The notes: a model not told the origin generated them from the letters alone. A stretch of DNA of 64,000 nt from the human T2T-CHM13v2.0 reference genome, Homo sapiens (GCF_009914755.1 NC_060930.1), one strand, 5' to 3'; positions 32,520-47,968 are shown, counted from the first letter of the stretch. A program made the numbers and translations.

Positions 32520-33465
32520 CATGAGTTTCCTAAACAAACAATAATTGATTTCCATTGATTTGATTAGACAGCATATTAGAATATACTATATGGCCATAAT
32601 AAAATGAACCTACAATGTTATGAGAACAGAAGGGATCATATCTCATAGAGCATCTTGGAACTACACATTGCTTGACTCTGGCTTCATCTCCTGGGTCTGG
32701 CTGCAAACTTTTACTGTGGCTTGAAACATCTGTACTTTTTGGTTTTGGTTTCCTTCACTCAGTATTTTCCAAGATCAGCTTTATGTAGCTGGTTCTGTCC
32801 ATTTCTGGCTGTTTCTAACCACTACTCTGACCTACAAGCCTGGTGTTTCAGAACCTCACCCTGAAGCAACCAGACTCTGATAAGCCAGTGAAGCTGCTCC
32901 TAAGGAACTCTCCATAGTTTGGAATGGTACCTGGAACACAAATCCTACATTCTTTATGCCTTGGTGTATTCTTTAGGCGACCTACTGAATGCTCTGGGAT
33001 CAAATAATCCACTGCAATGGGCTCTCAAGTAATAATCATGAAACGAAAATGGTTAAAGATTCTCTGAAGAATCCAAAGGAAGCCTTCCTCTGAGGATAGA
33101 GAAATGCTTTCATAACTAATTCCTACCTCATGCTTCTTCACTTGGAACTACATTGAGGGGAGTCTAAAATATAAAAATAATGATGCAACCTATATGTGTT
33201 ATTCTAAATTATAGCGATACTGAACTGTAAAATAAATGCTAGGAAAATCAATAAAATTGTAAGCATTCCTGAGAATATACTTATACATATAAAGTATTTA
33301 TACGTATCTATAATGTCTTTTAATTATTTCTTGAGTATCCCCTTCGCTGGTACTCTATGCTTGTGCTTCATCTATTTCTTGCATAGTTAAATATGGTTTT
33401 CACACTTTCCTGAAGCATTATTTATGGCTAACGAACTTCCTTAGGTTAAGGATGAGGTCTCATAA

Positions 33466-33788
<323 letters not shown>

Positions 33789-34170
33789 CTAATGTAAGAT
33801 ATCTAAACTCAGATATCTAGGGAATTAAGTGTATCCTTCAGACACCAAAATAAGTGCACAAACCTAATTAGCAATTCTCAGTCAAATATGTTACTCATAT
33901 TCTATGTGAGTGTGAAGAAATGGCATTTACCTATAAGAAAATTCACTAGAATAGCTCCATTATAGTGTTTGGTAATTCCAATAAATTACACTTTAATCAT
34001 AACCTGTTACACAGTGCCAATTATAACCTAGCAAATTTCCCATCCTTACTTTTCCCATTATACCTGGCTGAGTCTGTTCCTGTGATAATCACATGTAATG
34101 TTGTACCATTTCAAAAGCATGCTTTGGAAATTCAGGCCACCGTGCTATTATTGTTTCCACTTTTTAAATG

Positions 34171-34475
34171 TTTATTTATTTATTTATTTATTTTGAGGCA
34201 GGGTCTCACTCTGTTACCCAGGCTGGGGTGCAGTGGCAGGATTATGGCTTACTGCAGCCTCGCTCTCCCAGGCTCAAGCCATCCTCCTGCCTCAGACTCC
34301 TGAGTAGCTGGGACTGCAGGCATGCACCACCACTTCCAGCTAATTGTTTTCGTTTTTGTAGAAATAAAGTCTCATCATGTTTTGCTAGACTGATCTGGAA
34401 CGCCTGGGCTCAAGCAAACCTCTCACCTTGGCTTCCCAATCCTGGGATTACAGACATAAACCATTGCACCTGGCC
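34171..34475 (-). mobile_element. AluJ with (TTTA)n tail
   Basis: 'gggtctcactctgttacccagg...actgcagcctcg...ggctcaagccatcctcc'; degenerate TSD tattgtt.. Confidence 0.9.
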
Positions 34476-34859
34476 TATTGTTCCAACTCCTAAGAGTCAT
34501 CTACCTCTTGCTACCTAAAGAACTCTGGGTAATTTTTCAAAAAGAAGAAGCACTCTACTGTTTCTCTGAATTTATCTAATTTCCAGGAAAATCACTTGCT
34601 CCCCCACATTTATTTATACTTATCTATATTTTAATACACGTTACAGTATGTTATGTATTTATTTTCTCTCATTGACAGTGAAGTCCAGGAGGGCAAAGAT
34701 TTTGCTTTACCAATTTGAATAGCTTTAAAATGAATCACAAGGCCCAACACATTGTTAAATAGAAAATAGGCTTTATCCATTTCTCAAGAAATATTCTCAA
34801 GAAACTGTCATTTCAGTTTTTGAAATTATTGTTTGCATTATTGCCTCCACCAATTGAAA

Positions 34860-35110
34860 CAGCAGTTAAGCACAAATATTGACATTCAGAGGCTCTAAAA
34901 CTAGATTGCCTGAATTTGAAAACTGTTTCCAAATGTACTGTCTATGCCATTCCCAAAAGTTACTTATTATGTCTCTGTCACCATTTCACACCTTTAAATT
35001 GAAATAATTAATAATACTCACTAAACAAAATTTAAGTAACTACTTGACAACTTAATTACAGATTTCAACACAATGTTTTGCAAAAATGTAAACCAATAAT
35101 TAATATTAAT
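34860..35110 (+). mobile_element. MIR fragment
   Basis: 'ggctctaaaactagattgcctgaatttgaa...agttactt...tctctgt...ataataatactca'. Confidence 0.5.
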
Positions 35111-36503
35111 TATTTTAGTATTATTTTTCATAGTAGTAGCAAGGTGTTTATCCTGGCAAGTTTTATTATATCATTTAAAACAACCTGTTAAATTTACCTT
35201 TTTTTGGTCCAGTAAAATTGCTTGAGAAAAATTTAGTGTTAAAAACATTTGAATTATGTATCAATGTAAACCCTAGTTTCAGCAGAACTAATATCAAATT
35301 AAAGTGTGAAATGTAATTTTAATGATGACTGTAATATGCTCTTTGTTAGAAAACATAATCCTTATCTTATTTCATTTTTCTGAAATTTGCTGGTGTTTTA
35401 TAATAGAAAATGTATATCCTCTTTAAAATGATAGATTTTATTTTATATTCTGCTATGCTTTCTGTGATGGGCTGTCTGTGTAATGCAGTGAATTTACAAA
35501 TTCATTTTAAATAAAAACCATGGCCTCTAGGTCTTATTTTAACTCATTTCCCTTAGCATTTCATATTTGGTGTAATTTTATGAGGACTGTCAACACTATA
35601 ATTTTACACTGTTTATTAAAATGAAAATAGCCCTCAAGAGATAAGCCAAGTGAAGTAGAATTTTAAAAGTGATTTTTGTTGCATTAAGAGAAACTAGAGT
35701 CAAAATTATATTCATAATCATGTTAAGAAATAACAGGCCCATTTATATGCATAATATAAACATTAAACAGTAAATTTGTTAAAAATAAAATCCAGATTTG
35801 CAAAATTTTTAAAAAATAAAATCCAGATGTGCGTGACCTTTAATATGTACATATAATTAACGGGTAAAAGTAGATACTTTCAGACAAACAAAAACTAACA
35901 ATTAATCTCCAGCAAACCTGCACAAAAAAGTACACTAACAGATAATCTCTTTCATGCAGAAGGAAAATAATGCCAGATGAAATTACCTTAAAATAGGAGT
36001 AAAAAGGTGAATTCAAGTGCATATTGAATATATATATTATTGATATTGTTTTATGTGAGACATAAAATGTATCTAGATATAAAATATATGAAAGCACCAC
36101 CACAAAATGTGGAATATGATAAACAGATTTAAAGTGTTGTAAAGCCATTATTTTATCTAAGAACTAATAATGTCCTAATTCATAGTAGACTCTAAGTCAA
36201 GTACGTATGTTATAACCTATAGAATTTCTAGTAAGAAACTAATAAAATAATGTACAATTAGTGAGATAAAGGTAGAAAATTACAATAACTTGGAAGAGTA
36301 GAATTCTTAAAATGAAAAGAAAAGAAAAATGAAGCTAAGCCAACAGCTTGGCCAAAAAAAAAAAAAACAAATCGATTAATAGAAAGAATTGCTATAGCTT
36401 TCTAGAAATATCGAATATAACATTAAATGCCAATGGAGTAAACAATCCAATTATAAGATTCCAATCACCAAACTAGATTTTAAAAGAAAATAAACTATAT
36501 GTT

Positions 36504-37121
36504 GTGTGGCAGACAAACATGTCTCCACTTCCTGGCCTTTTGGTCTTCAAGACTTTGTGTTATTACACACTTTTCCTGGCTACCCTGAGTGTGATCAGGA
36601 CCTGTGTCTTACTTTTAGAGGTTAGATTATTACAAAGTTGATGAATATAGCACCTGCATTGCATTCAGTTTTATTACAGAAATCCCTTCATTTTAGCACA
36701 CTCATTCTAGAGATTCTTCTTGCTGGCTTGATGAAGTAAGCAACCATGATACAAAGCCAATGTAGCAAGAAACTGTGGCCAGCTTCAGGGAACTGCAGGT
36801 GGCCTCAAGGAGCTGAGTAGCCTACAGGTGACAACCAGGAAGAATCTGGGACTGTCAGACCTTTAATAGCAAAGATATAAATTCTTACCACATATGAATA
36901 AGCTTAGAAATATTCTTTCCCAGTTTGATCTCCAGTTAAGAACACAGCAGAACCACAATTTTGACAGCAGCCTAGTGACACCCAAGCAGAGAAATTAGCT
37001 AAGCTACATCCAAACTTATGACCCACAGAAAGTGTGATGTAATAAATATAGGTTGTTTTAAGATGCTAAAACAACATTTAATTTGTGATAATTTGTTCGG
37101 CATTAATAGAAAATTAATGCA
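36504..37121 (+). mobile_element. MLT1E-like MaLR solo LTR
   Basis: 'ccctgagtgtgatcaggacctgtg...tgctggcttgatgaagtaagc...acccacagaaagtgtgatgtaataaat...atttgtgataatttgtt'. Confidence 0.7.
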
Positions 37122-37145
37122 TATTACTTAGAAAAAAATTTAAAT

Positions 37146-38510
37146 ACATTTAAGTCTTTAATCCATCATGAGTTAATTTGTTTATAAGGTGTAAGGAAGG
37201 GATCCAGTTTCAGCTTTCTGCTTATGGCTAGCCAGTTTTCCCACCACCATTTATTAAATAGGGAATCCTTTCCCCATTGTTAGTTTTTGTCAGGTTTGTC
37301 AAAGATCAGATGGTTGTAGATGTGTGGTGTTATTTCTGAGGGCTTTGTCCTGTTCCATTGGTCTGCATATCTGTTTTGGTACCTGTATGATGCTGTTTTG
37401 GTTACTGTAGCCTAGGCAATACCATTCAGGACATAGGTATGGGTGAAGACTTCCTGACTAAAACACCAAAAGCAATGGCAAGCAAAGCCAAAATTGACAA
37501 ATGGGATCTAATTAAACTAAAGAGCTTCTGCATAGCAAAAGAAACCATCAGCCAAGTGAACCGGCAACCTACAGCATGGGAGAAAATGTCTGCAATCTGT
37601 CCATCTGACAAAGGGATAATATCCAGAATCTACAATGAACATAAACAAATTTACAAGGAATAAAAAAAGCAACCCCATTGAAAAATGGGCAAAGGATATG
37701 AACAGACACTTCTAAAAAGAAGACATTTATGCAGTCAACAAACATATGAAAAAAAGCTCATCATCACTGGTCATTAGAGAAATGCAAATCAAGACCACAA
37801 TGAGATATCATCTCATGCCAGTTAAAATGGCGATCATTAAAAAGTCAAGAAACAACAGATGCTGGAGAGGATGTGGAGAAATAGGAAGGCTTTTACACTC
37901 TTGGTGGGAGTGTAAATTAGTTCAATCATTGTGGAAGACAATGTGGCGATTCCTCAACATTCTAGAACTAGAAATACCATTTGACTCAGCAATCCCATTA
38001 TTGGGTATATACCCAAAGGATTATAAATCATTCTCCTATAAGGACACATGCACACATATGTTTATTGCGGCACTGTTCACAATAGCAAAGACTTGGAACC
38101 AACCCAAATGCCCATCAATAATAGATTGGATAAAGAAAATGTGGCACATATACACCATGGAATACTATGCAGCCCTAAAAAGGATGAACTCATGTCCTTT
38201 GCAGGGACATGGATGAAGCTGAAAACCATCATTCTCAGCAAACTAACACAAGAACAGAAAACCAAACACTGCATGTTCTCACTTATAAGTGGGAGTTGAA
38301 CAATGAGAACACATGGACACAGGGTGCCGGGGGCATCACACACTGGGGCCTGTTGTGGGGTTGGGGACTTGGGGGAGGGATAGCATCAGGAGAAATACCT
38401 AATGTAGACGACAGGTTGATGGGTGCAACAAACCACCATGGCAAGTGTATACCCATGTAACAAATCTGCACATGTACCTCAGAATTTAAGGTATAATTAA
38501 AAAAAAAAAG
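37146..38510 (+). mobile_element. L1PA7/8-like element with 5' inversion (37146-37413 minus; 37411-38510 plus)
   Basis: Antisense ORF2 block switches to sense at 'gtag-cct-aggcaat'; 3'UTR and A tail; TSD approximately aaaaatt(t)taaat. Confidence 0.92.
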
Positions 38511-40874
38511 AAAAGGCAAAAATTTTAAATTCACAGATGCAAGAAGATTGCTAACAAACATGTAGAGAGATATTTATGAAGCAAATAGCAACCCAAAAAG
38601 TTACTGTGCCAAGTGAACTTTAACACAGAAGGATAAGAATTGTAAAGGGATATTTCATAATAAAAATAGTCATTCTAAAGAATAATGTAACAGGCTTAAA
38701 TGTTTGTAATTCATAGCTCAGCCTCGAAATATGTGCAGCAGAAACTAAAAATTAAAAAGAATAGTACACAAATTCATAATTGTACAGAATTATTTTAAAA
38801 GAATTCTTTGAGATACAGATACAAAAATCAAAACGTCCACAGAAATATTGAATATTTGGAAAACTAGTGTAAAAACTTAACAAAAGCACATACATAGAAC
38901 ACTGAATGCAAGATTTAAAGTTTGCATATCCTTTTAAATAAATATATGTGGGCTGGGCCAAAATTAACATGCTGAGCACTAATATTATGTGTCAACAAAT
39001 TTTAAATAATTTAAATCTTACATAAATAATTTAAATCTTATATAAAATTAAAATAAAATTTAATTACACACTCTTCATATTCAAAATCACCAAAACATTT
39101 TGATATTAATCCATGTGCTTCTAAGAAAATAAGTAAAATAAGGCATAAAAGTATAAATTAGTAAACAATAATAATAAAACACAGCATATCAAAACTTGTA
39201 GCTGCAATTAAACCTGTTATAAGCATAAAATTTATAGTCACAAATTCACCTATTACAAAAAGAAAAATAGGAAACATATTAATCAAGATATCATCTAAAG
39301 AAGCTAAAATATAAGAGCAAATTAAGCCTGATAATTTAAAAAGAAAAATAATTCTAAATATTATAAATAATAAAATAGAAAACACACGTAAATTAAGAAA
39401 TTTTTAAACGGTTTGATCCCTTGATTATATAAATATATGTGTATTTTAGTATGTATATACATCCCAAAAGTGACTATTGAAGGAAAAGCGATCTGAAAAC
39501 ACTAATTATTAATTATAAATTAAAAGGGGGGATTCTACAGACATTAAATTGATAATATTGAGGATATTAACAACCAAATAACATTGGATGAAATTAGCCA
39601 AACTTACAAAAATTGAAGTGAAAAGAAATAAAATTTGAATAGAGTCATAAATTTTAAAGACGTTTATAATAAAAAGAGGTTAAAATTAAAAAAAAACTTA
39701 AGATCAGACAATTTCAACATAAGATATGTCAAGACCAAGTCAATATTTCTCCAGAAATGAAAAGTTGGCCTAATATTAGAAAGACAGAACACTGTTATAC
39801 AGTATATTAGCATAATGAAATCCAAAACACAAAAATTTAAAAATCGCATGATCATTATATATTTAAAAAAAAGCCTTTGATATAAAAGCCAACACCTGAT
39901 TAAAGGTTTACAAAATAAACCTATAATTATATTTATACACACATATATGCATATATACGTATTTAGGCATTTATATGTATTTATAGATATATTCAGAAAG
40001 TAAGATGACTATTTCTGGCTGTATTATTTTACACAGAACTATAAATGAGTTTGAGAATACAGGTTTGACTGTAAAAGTCATTCTCTACCTCAATTAGCTG
40101 AAAAAAAATAAGATAAAATGCTGATTCAATATCATTCTGCCTTAAGGTAAGTAAAAGTTTTAGAGAACATTTGTAACATATTTCTCTCCTTTCAGAGTTT
40201 CTGGCTAATTATTTTTTAAAAGATTTGTCTTCTATTGTACTCTCAGAGAATGAAAGTCACAATCAAAGAACATATTCATGACAGCAAATTTGCACTAAAG
40301 TTTCTTGTTCAACTATTTTTAACTCATTTTGTTCTAAATGCATTTTATCAGACTTTCATGTAAGTCACATAAGTAATCTTCAAAGCTAACATTCTTTAAA
40401 ATGTAGTACAAAAACACGTAAGCCACAACACACTTTCATTATTTCTTATTCCTATATAATTCTTAATCTTGTATATAATCTAGAAGTTTTCTTTAATGTT
40501 TAAAGAGCATCTGAGATAGCTATTCTAGAAGACAGTGCTATGTACCTAATTGTGCCAATGCCAAACTCATTAAAAATATTTACTCATTAAATGTATGCCC
40601 AGGAAATTATTGAATAAATGGTAGATAGATCCGTTATGAATAAAATAATTTACAAAGGAAATTATATCAGATAATCTTATGTCCTGGGTATGAAATGTTA
40701 AAAGCAAGCATCAACTTTATTTAAATAATTCATGTTTTTATTTAAAATATGTTGTGTTTGTTATGTTTTAAGTATTAATACAATGATGATTAAAAATGGT
40801 ATGGATTATAAAAAATTTGAAAATATAGTGAGAAATAGGATTACTTTATATATTTTATATCTCTACATAATATG

Positions 40875-41262
40875 TACTATGAATTGAGCTGTGTTCCCCC
40901 AAAATTTAAATTTTGAAGCCCTAATCCCCCATGGGATGGTATTCGGAGATGAGGACATTGATTTAGATGAGGTCATGAGTATAGCATCACCATAATTGTA
41001 TTGGTGCCCTTATAAAAAGAGACCAGACCAGACATCTGGAGTCTTGTCTCGCTCGGCTCACTCACACTCCCACTCTCTCTCTGTTATGAGAGAACACAGC
41101 AAGAAAAAGATCAAATGCAAGCCAGGAAGATGGCCCTCCCCCAGAGCTGAATCTGATGGCATCTTATCTTGGACATCCTCACCTCCAGAACTGTGAAAAA
41201 TATATGTCTGTTGTTAAGCCACTTGGCCTATTTTGTTATAGCAGCCCAAGTTGACTAATACA
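40875..41262 (+). mobile_element. MLT1A-like MaLR solo LTR
   Basis: 'tgtgttcccccaaaattt...tgaagccctaatcccc...atttagatgaggtcatgag...cctccagaactgtga...ttttgttatagcagcccaagttgactaataca'. Confidence 0.8.
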
Positions 41263-41814
41263 ACACAGCTTAATTTCAGAAATATTTTAACTAAACTACC
41301 AATTTCATATTTTAGTAAGTAGCTACAAATATCACCAGAGGAAGTTTGATGCTCTTGTGTGGCTACAACTGTGCCACATACAGCCCATCATTCACAGTAA
41401 CTTTTTGATTTGCCTTGGAATTACTACTGTGCCAGGTACTTTTACAATATCACATGTAATGAAAATAATCCACTATTCTCAATAAAGAGTTTTGTTCATA
41501 TGTATTCTGGTTTCCCATAGCAACTTAATAACTAGATTTTATAAAGTGTATCAGCCCTTAGTGAAATTTATAACCTTTTTATGAACCCCGTATTAGGGAT
41601 TCTCATTATTGACTTTGGTGGCTATATAAAATGAAAAAAAAGAAAGACTATGTTGAAAGACAGGGAAATATCACAAATAATTTATTTGCCAAATAATTCA
41701 TTAATTTAACACATTAATATTGAGTATCTCCTATAGGCCAACTGCTCTACTAGTTCTGCAGATTCAATTGCAAGACAACTAGCCATACATTTAACCTTCA
41801 TGGAGTTTACTATC

Positions 41815-42052
41815 TCTTATGGACAGAAGTGGGTACCCTACAAATGCATACGTTAAAATCCTAAACTCTAGTGCTAGAGTATGTGACTATATTTGAAGAT
41901 AAGGCTTTTAAAGAGGTGATTTAGTTAAAATAAGTCCTTTGGGGTGAATCTTAGTAAAATCTGTCTGGTTTCCTTAAAAGAAGAGAAAATCTGGACACAC
42001 AAGAAACACCAGAGATGTACCCTCACAACAGAAAGACCATTTCAGAACAAGG
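41815..42052 (+). mobile_element. MLT1B-like LTR, 5' half
   Basis: 'atgtgactatatttgaagataaggcttttaaagaggtgatttagttaaaat...ccttaaaagaagagaaaatctggacac'. Confidence 0.65.
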
Positions 42053-42588
42053 TACTGTGAGTCTAAGAGTACGAATATTTTCACTGCATTTGAGGTACAG
42101 TGGAGTTAATCACAGCGAGAATTTACGCTGTGGAATAACCTCACAGACTGAATGCGAGTTTTGTATATTAATACTGCTTTAGTCAATCCATCCATTTAGA
42201 GTGCATTTAATCTAGATTTTGGAACATTTTACCCCTTCTGGAATTATTTCTTGAAATTTGTACGTCACATATTCTCCACTTAATTGAACTACATATTAAT
42301 GACTTGGAATATATGATATATGTGTTATTTCTAAATTATATCAACCTAAAGACAATATATAGTTTAGAAATAACACATATATTATAGACTCCAAGGCATT
42401 AATATATACTTCAATTAAAAATAAAAATGTATCAGTATAAATCTCACGCCACTAGTGTGTGTCATATTAGCAATATTAATATCAAATATATCAATCTATA
42501 AAGAACATCATCTTGTTTCCTGAGAATGAGGAAACGAGAAGCTTACATTATTTTAAATATTTTAAATATATTTAGATATTTCAAATAG

Positions 42589-43102
42589 TACTGGCTATAC
42601 ACCCAAAGGATTATACATCTTTCTACTATAAAAACACATGCACACGTATGTTTATTGCAGCACTATTCACAATAGCAAAGATCTGGAACCAACCCAAATG
42701 CCCATCAATGATAGACCGGATACAGAAAATGTGGCATATATATACCATGGAATACTATGCAGTCACAAAAAAGGATGAACTCATGTCCTTTGCAGAGACA
42801 TGGATGAAGCTGGAAACCATCATTCTCAGCAAACTAACACAGGAACAGAAAACCAAACACTGCAAGTTCTCACTCATAAGTTGGAGTTGAACAGTGAGAA
42901 CACATGGACACAGGGAGGGAAACATCACACACCTGGTCCTGTTGGGGGTTGGGGGACTAGGAGAGGGATAACATTAGGAGAAGTACCTAATGTAGGTGAC
43001 AAGTTGATGGGTGCAGCTGCAGCAAACCACCTTGGCATGTGTGTACCTACATAAAAAACCTCCACGTTCTGCACATGTATCCTAGAACTTAAAGTATAAT
43101 AA
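42589..43102 (+). mobile_element. L1PA7/8-like 3' end
   Basis: [23 protein letters not shown]..; 3'UTR ending 'cctagaacttaaagtataataaa'. Confidence 0.92.
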
Positions 43103-43749
43103 ATATATATACACACTAATTATGGAAGTGTTACTATCAAAAGTAATGAATATGTAGAAGGGATATGTATAGCTATCCTAACAAAGGCCCTTCCATGCCA
43201 AGCTCACAGTTTGCTTTTTATGAGGTCACCCTGGGAAGTCCTTGAAGAGCCTAGTAAAAAAATGGCAGGATCATATTTTTATCTGAAAAGTCTAAGCTGG
43301 AAGAATTGTGAAGAAGAGCTCAGAGTAGGATTTCACCAGATATAATTCCATATAACAATGGTTTAGTGGGATTATATGTAATGTTAAAAAAGGAGGAAAA
43401 GATTTCTGTTATCAAGGAAAATAAGAAAAATAACTTTAAATGCTTAAAAATTATAACTAAATTTGATGGAACATTGATTATGCTGAAGATGTTGTGCTAT
43501 GCATTTTATTTGAGTCATCATACTTATTTCCAAAAATAATACTTATGGTTTCTTGAGGCAAGCACAGCTAGGAACTGTATTAAATTGATTACAGTAACGT
43601 TCCAAATCTGATTGTTTTTTCTATCTGTAACTAAGCTGCTTGGTGGCATCTTTCCACATTAACTCTGGGCTTGCTGAACTATATAACTTAATTTGGCTAA
43701 AGATACAGTAGCAAAGTTATGCAAACCTACAAGATGTGAGAATAGCTTG

Positions 43750-44560
43750 CACATTGGGTCATATCTTTTGCTGCTTTTAGAACTATGCTGTCTGCTGCCT
43801 TCTGACCAAGCCCAGATTAGCCTTCTGGGTGATGAGATACATAGCCCAGTCACTACCCTACTCCTTGCCACCGAGTTGGGGTAGTGATTGGGTCATACTG
43901 CCAAACCATTCAGACCCCAGAAGACATGAGACAGTCTGAATTCAGTAGAGCTGAATATATGTCAACAGAATCACTCAGTTGACCCACAGGCATGTGAACA
44001 ATAAATGATTGTTGTTTAAACTGCAAGTAGCTGGATTCATTTAGTAGTGAAAGTTGATATGTTCATATGTATCTATTCTCTCCTTCTACCTTACTAAAAT
44101 AACCAGAATTATGGTGTAAAATGTTTATATTACTTGCACAGTAAAAAAAACTATTCCCATTGATTCTTTGCAGTTGAGTGTTAACTATGTGTCCCAGTTC
44201 TGTCTGGTGAGAAGTAAGCAGAGTTTGTTCAGTGAGGAATCCAGCAAGGTTATTGTTTTCCTGATGTAAAGGGATATGTGTATCTACCCTTTACTCTCTC
44301 TGACTTCTTTTTGTTTGGAATATAAATGTGATGACAGGAGATGCACCAAGATTTCATAAAATCTGAGAGGCCACACATTTTGTATAGAAGAGTGGAGAAC
44401 TAAAAGAAGCTTGTGTTTGTGATAACCCAGCTACATCCAATCTCAAAGTGCCTACTTTTAGTATGTAACCTTTTACATGACAAAATTAACTCACCTCTGC
44501 CTTTACCCATTCTTAGTTCCTAAAAATGTTTTCAGCTCAATGCATTAATTGCTAGCCGAT
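43750..44560 (+). mobile_element. Old LTR fragments (MLT1G/H-like, then LTR16/33-like)
   Basis: 'gacccacaggcatgtgaacaataaatgattgttgtttaa'; 'tgtgtcccagttctgtctggtgagaagtaagcaga', 'tgtgatgacaggagatgca'. Confidence 0.45.
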
Positions 44561-46164
44561 ATATACGTACTATTATTCACCACCAATATAAGATTAGAAA
44601 GTGAGATTTAAGAAAGTTAACTAACATTCCCATAATATTTATCTATTAGTGGATTATCTTTTCAACTCCAAAATATGTATTAAGCACATATTATGTGCTG
44701 ATATTGTTTTATGTACTGGGAAGTGCTAAAATTTAAATGAAGGCAGTCTGACTAGATAGCACATCTTCTGTAGTACAATTCTATATAGGTTCTTCACTGT
44801 AGCTCATCTCAGATTCTCTGAAAAATTCAATTGGAAAATGCTTGTTTAGAGGTCTGTAAAACAATGAAAAGGGAAACCAGTCAGTGTACTATTGCCTTGT
44901 TTTAGGTGGTAGGGAGTCAGTGGCCACATTAACGGGGGTGGAATCAGGGGCTGGGGAAAGTAAAGACAAACGTTTAAGAGGATGGAATTCATTATACAGT
45001 TTACATGAAAGGGTTGGAAAGACTGGACTTCTGTGCTGCTGTTATTTGAGAATGTAAACCAAATGAGGTTATTGGGGAAACTGCTATGTGCTCTGTTGGG
45101 ATATGTTAACTTTGAGTTGCTTATACTAACCTTCAAGTAGTAAATGTGTCTTAAAAGGGGCTGGATAGAAGAAGAATGTAAAAATTATTTAACTCGAGCA
45201 CGGATCACTTAGAATGGAAACTGATCAGCATACTCTACAGGTGAGTAACAACTTTATATCAGTGCAGCATATACAGGATTGATGTCAGAAAACCATGTCA
45301 AACTTAAAACAAATAGTTTACAAATAGGTGAAGAAAGGAAGAAAAGGAGAGAAGAAACAAATGAACTAATGAATGAATAAAAGAATGAAGAAAGAAGATA
45401 GAGAGACAAGAAATGAAGAAAGGAGAAGGGAAGGAATAAAAAATTAAAAATAAGCAAAATTATTTAAGATCATTTAAGTTAGATATTTTCTCTTAGATGC
45501 AGACAAATTAAAATAATATCTGCAGGAAACACAGAAAGCAAACTAATGTTCATTCAATAAATATAAATTGGCTCCTACCTTATGCAGGCATTTCTCTAGG
45601 GGCAATGAGTAGAACAATGAGTAAGATAATTGAGGACATTGTTTAAGGTGTATTTGTTTCCATTCAAGTATGCGACATGTAATAATTTCAGTTTGAAGCT
45701 ATTGAAAATTATCCTTCAATTTGTTGGCTAGCTCCTAAAACTCCACATAATTGCATTGTGAGAAACTCCACTTAAGTGGCAAGTCTCAGAATTGGTGTGT
45801 ATGTGTTTGTGTGTGTGTGATTTATTCCCCATCTTCTGTAAGCTCTGTGTCTTACAAAAACATATAACGTAACTATTATTTTCCAACATATAGAAAATGT
45901 CAGCATGATTTGGTCAATACAGTTTACCAGGTTTATGTGCTGTGAAAACTGCAAGATAGACAAGTTCCTTGGAGCATATACTGTATGAAAAAAAAAACAG
46001 AGAGCAGATATATATCTGAAACAGATGGAAATATCTCTTAAGAAAGACAGTAAACTTCTGCCATTTATTTTTATTTTTAATATGAGTAGAGTGAAAAATT
46101 AGTAGCAGTCACTAGGAGAACTGAGTAACTATAATAAGGAACTGAGAAGTAGCTCCACCTTTGT

Positions 46165-46580
46165 TTCATTAGGATAAGCTAACAAAACAACCTTAAAATC
46201 CTAGTAAATTTGTATAACAAAGATTAATTTCTTGCTTACACATAGTGTGATACAGATAACTCTGGACTGGTGGATTGGTGGATTTCTTGGGTGGCTATAT
46301 TCTAATTGACATACTCAGGAAAGCGGAGTTTTTCCATCATGTGGCACAACTATTTTGGAATGTGTCACTTCCACCCATGCTGAGACATGCACTTTCAGGA
46401 TAGGAAAGTGTGTAAACTATTATAATTATGGTTTTTCATCAATCCTAGTAATATTATGTTTCATTTCTGCCCACAATTGTCCAGAACTCACCCACCTCGT
46501 CCTATCTGAATGCAGGGGAGTGGGGCAAAGTGATATACCTATGTGCTCAGGAGGAAAGTAAAATAATTTGATGAAATATG
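46165..46580 (-). mobile_element. MLT1J/K/L-like LTR
   Basis: 'aacaaaacaaccttaaaatcctagt...acaaagattaatttcttgctta...ttccatcatgtggc...tttctgcccaca...tgcaggggag'. Confidence 0.55.
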
Positions 46581-47421
46581 TTATTTTTATTTAATTATAT
46601 ATATAGTAAACATGTAATTTCCCCAAAACTATCAAACTTTTCCTTGAAATCTACTGCAATGTTAAAAAGAGGCATGAGAGAAGTCAACCTTTCAAGTCAT
46701 TGATGATTGAATATCTTGGGAATTCTTTTGGAAATGAGATATGGCTTTTGGTCGACTATTTTTGAAATAATAACTTTAATAATTTCCATTTGACCCTTAC
46801 TGGAAATATAAATTTCATCCACACATCAGTAGCTATGTTTAAATGTTTGCAGATGATAGTATACCAATTATAACTCTGAATTTAAGATCTGAAAAATGAC
46901 CACCAGAAAGATTTGGGTTCACCTGTGCCTGCCATGTAGCACTCATGTAAACTCAATTTGTCTCTTGACACTCTTGATTTCCACTGACACCAGCAGACCA
47001 GTGTTGTTTTAGATCCTGAAAGATTAAGGATTATAACTAGATAAGATCCAATGTCTAATAATTTTCAACAATTCTGTATTTTTTTTTTGTTTCTTCAAAG
47101 CTAGATTGTGAGAAAAATAAATGCAAGATCATTGGTCCCTTTAGGGAAACAGTTAAGAAAGGATCACAGTATGTCACAATATGGACCTCAGGTTTTTTCG
47201 AACAGTTCTACTTATTTCAGTAGTTGATAATAAGACTCACACATTAACTGAAAAAAAGGAACATGGTGACTCTGTAATATATCAGACATACTAGGTTGTA
47301 TAAGAAAATATTATACAATAACAAATAATAACAGAATTAAGGTAGTTATTAATTTTATATATATATCAAATAATTCCTTAGGGGTGGCCTAAAAATTTCT
47401 TTCCTATGGACCTATAACTAA

Positions 47422-47968
<547 letters not shown>

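Larger units (their letters stand above)
35830..39940 (+). mobile_element. Ancient L1M (ORF1 end and ORF2 EN region) interrupted by MLT1 and L1PA
   Basis: 'ataacattaaatgccaatggagtaaacaatccaattata' (TLNVNGLN-like); 'aaagggatatttcataataaaa'; 'aaagcctttgatataaaagccaacacc'. Confidence 0.65.

Noticed and set aside
35779-35832. Short tandem duplications (about 31 bp here; 20 bp at 39003-39042; 15 bp at 57701-57730; others at 23325, 34781, 58696)
   Set aside because: Two-copy slippage duplications without spacers; not CRISPR-like and common in primate DNA.
45120-45250. TACTAAC plus CAG|GTGAGT as a plus-strand exon
   Set aside because: No adequate polypyrimidine tract at the right spacing; region looks L2-derived; isolated splice motifs are expected by chance in 64 kb.
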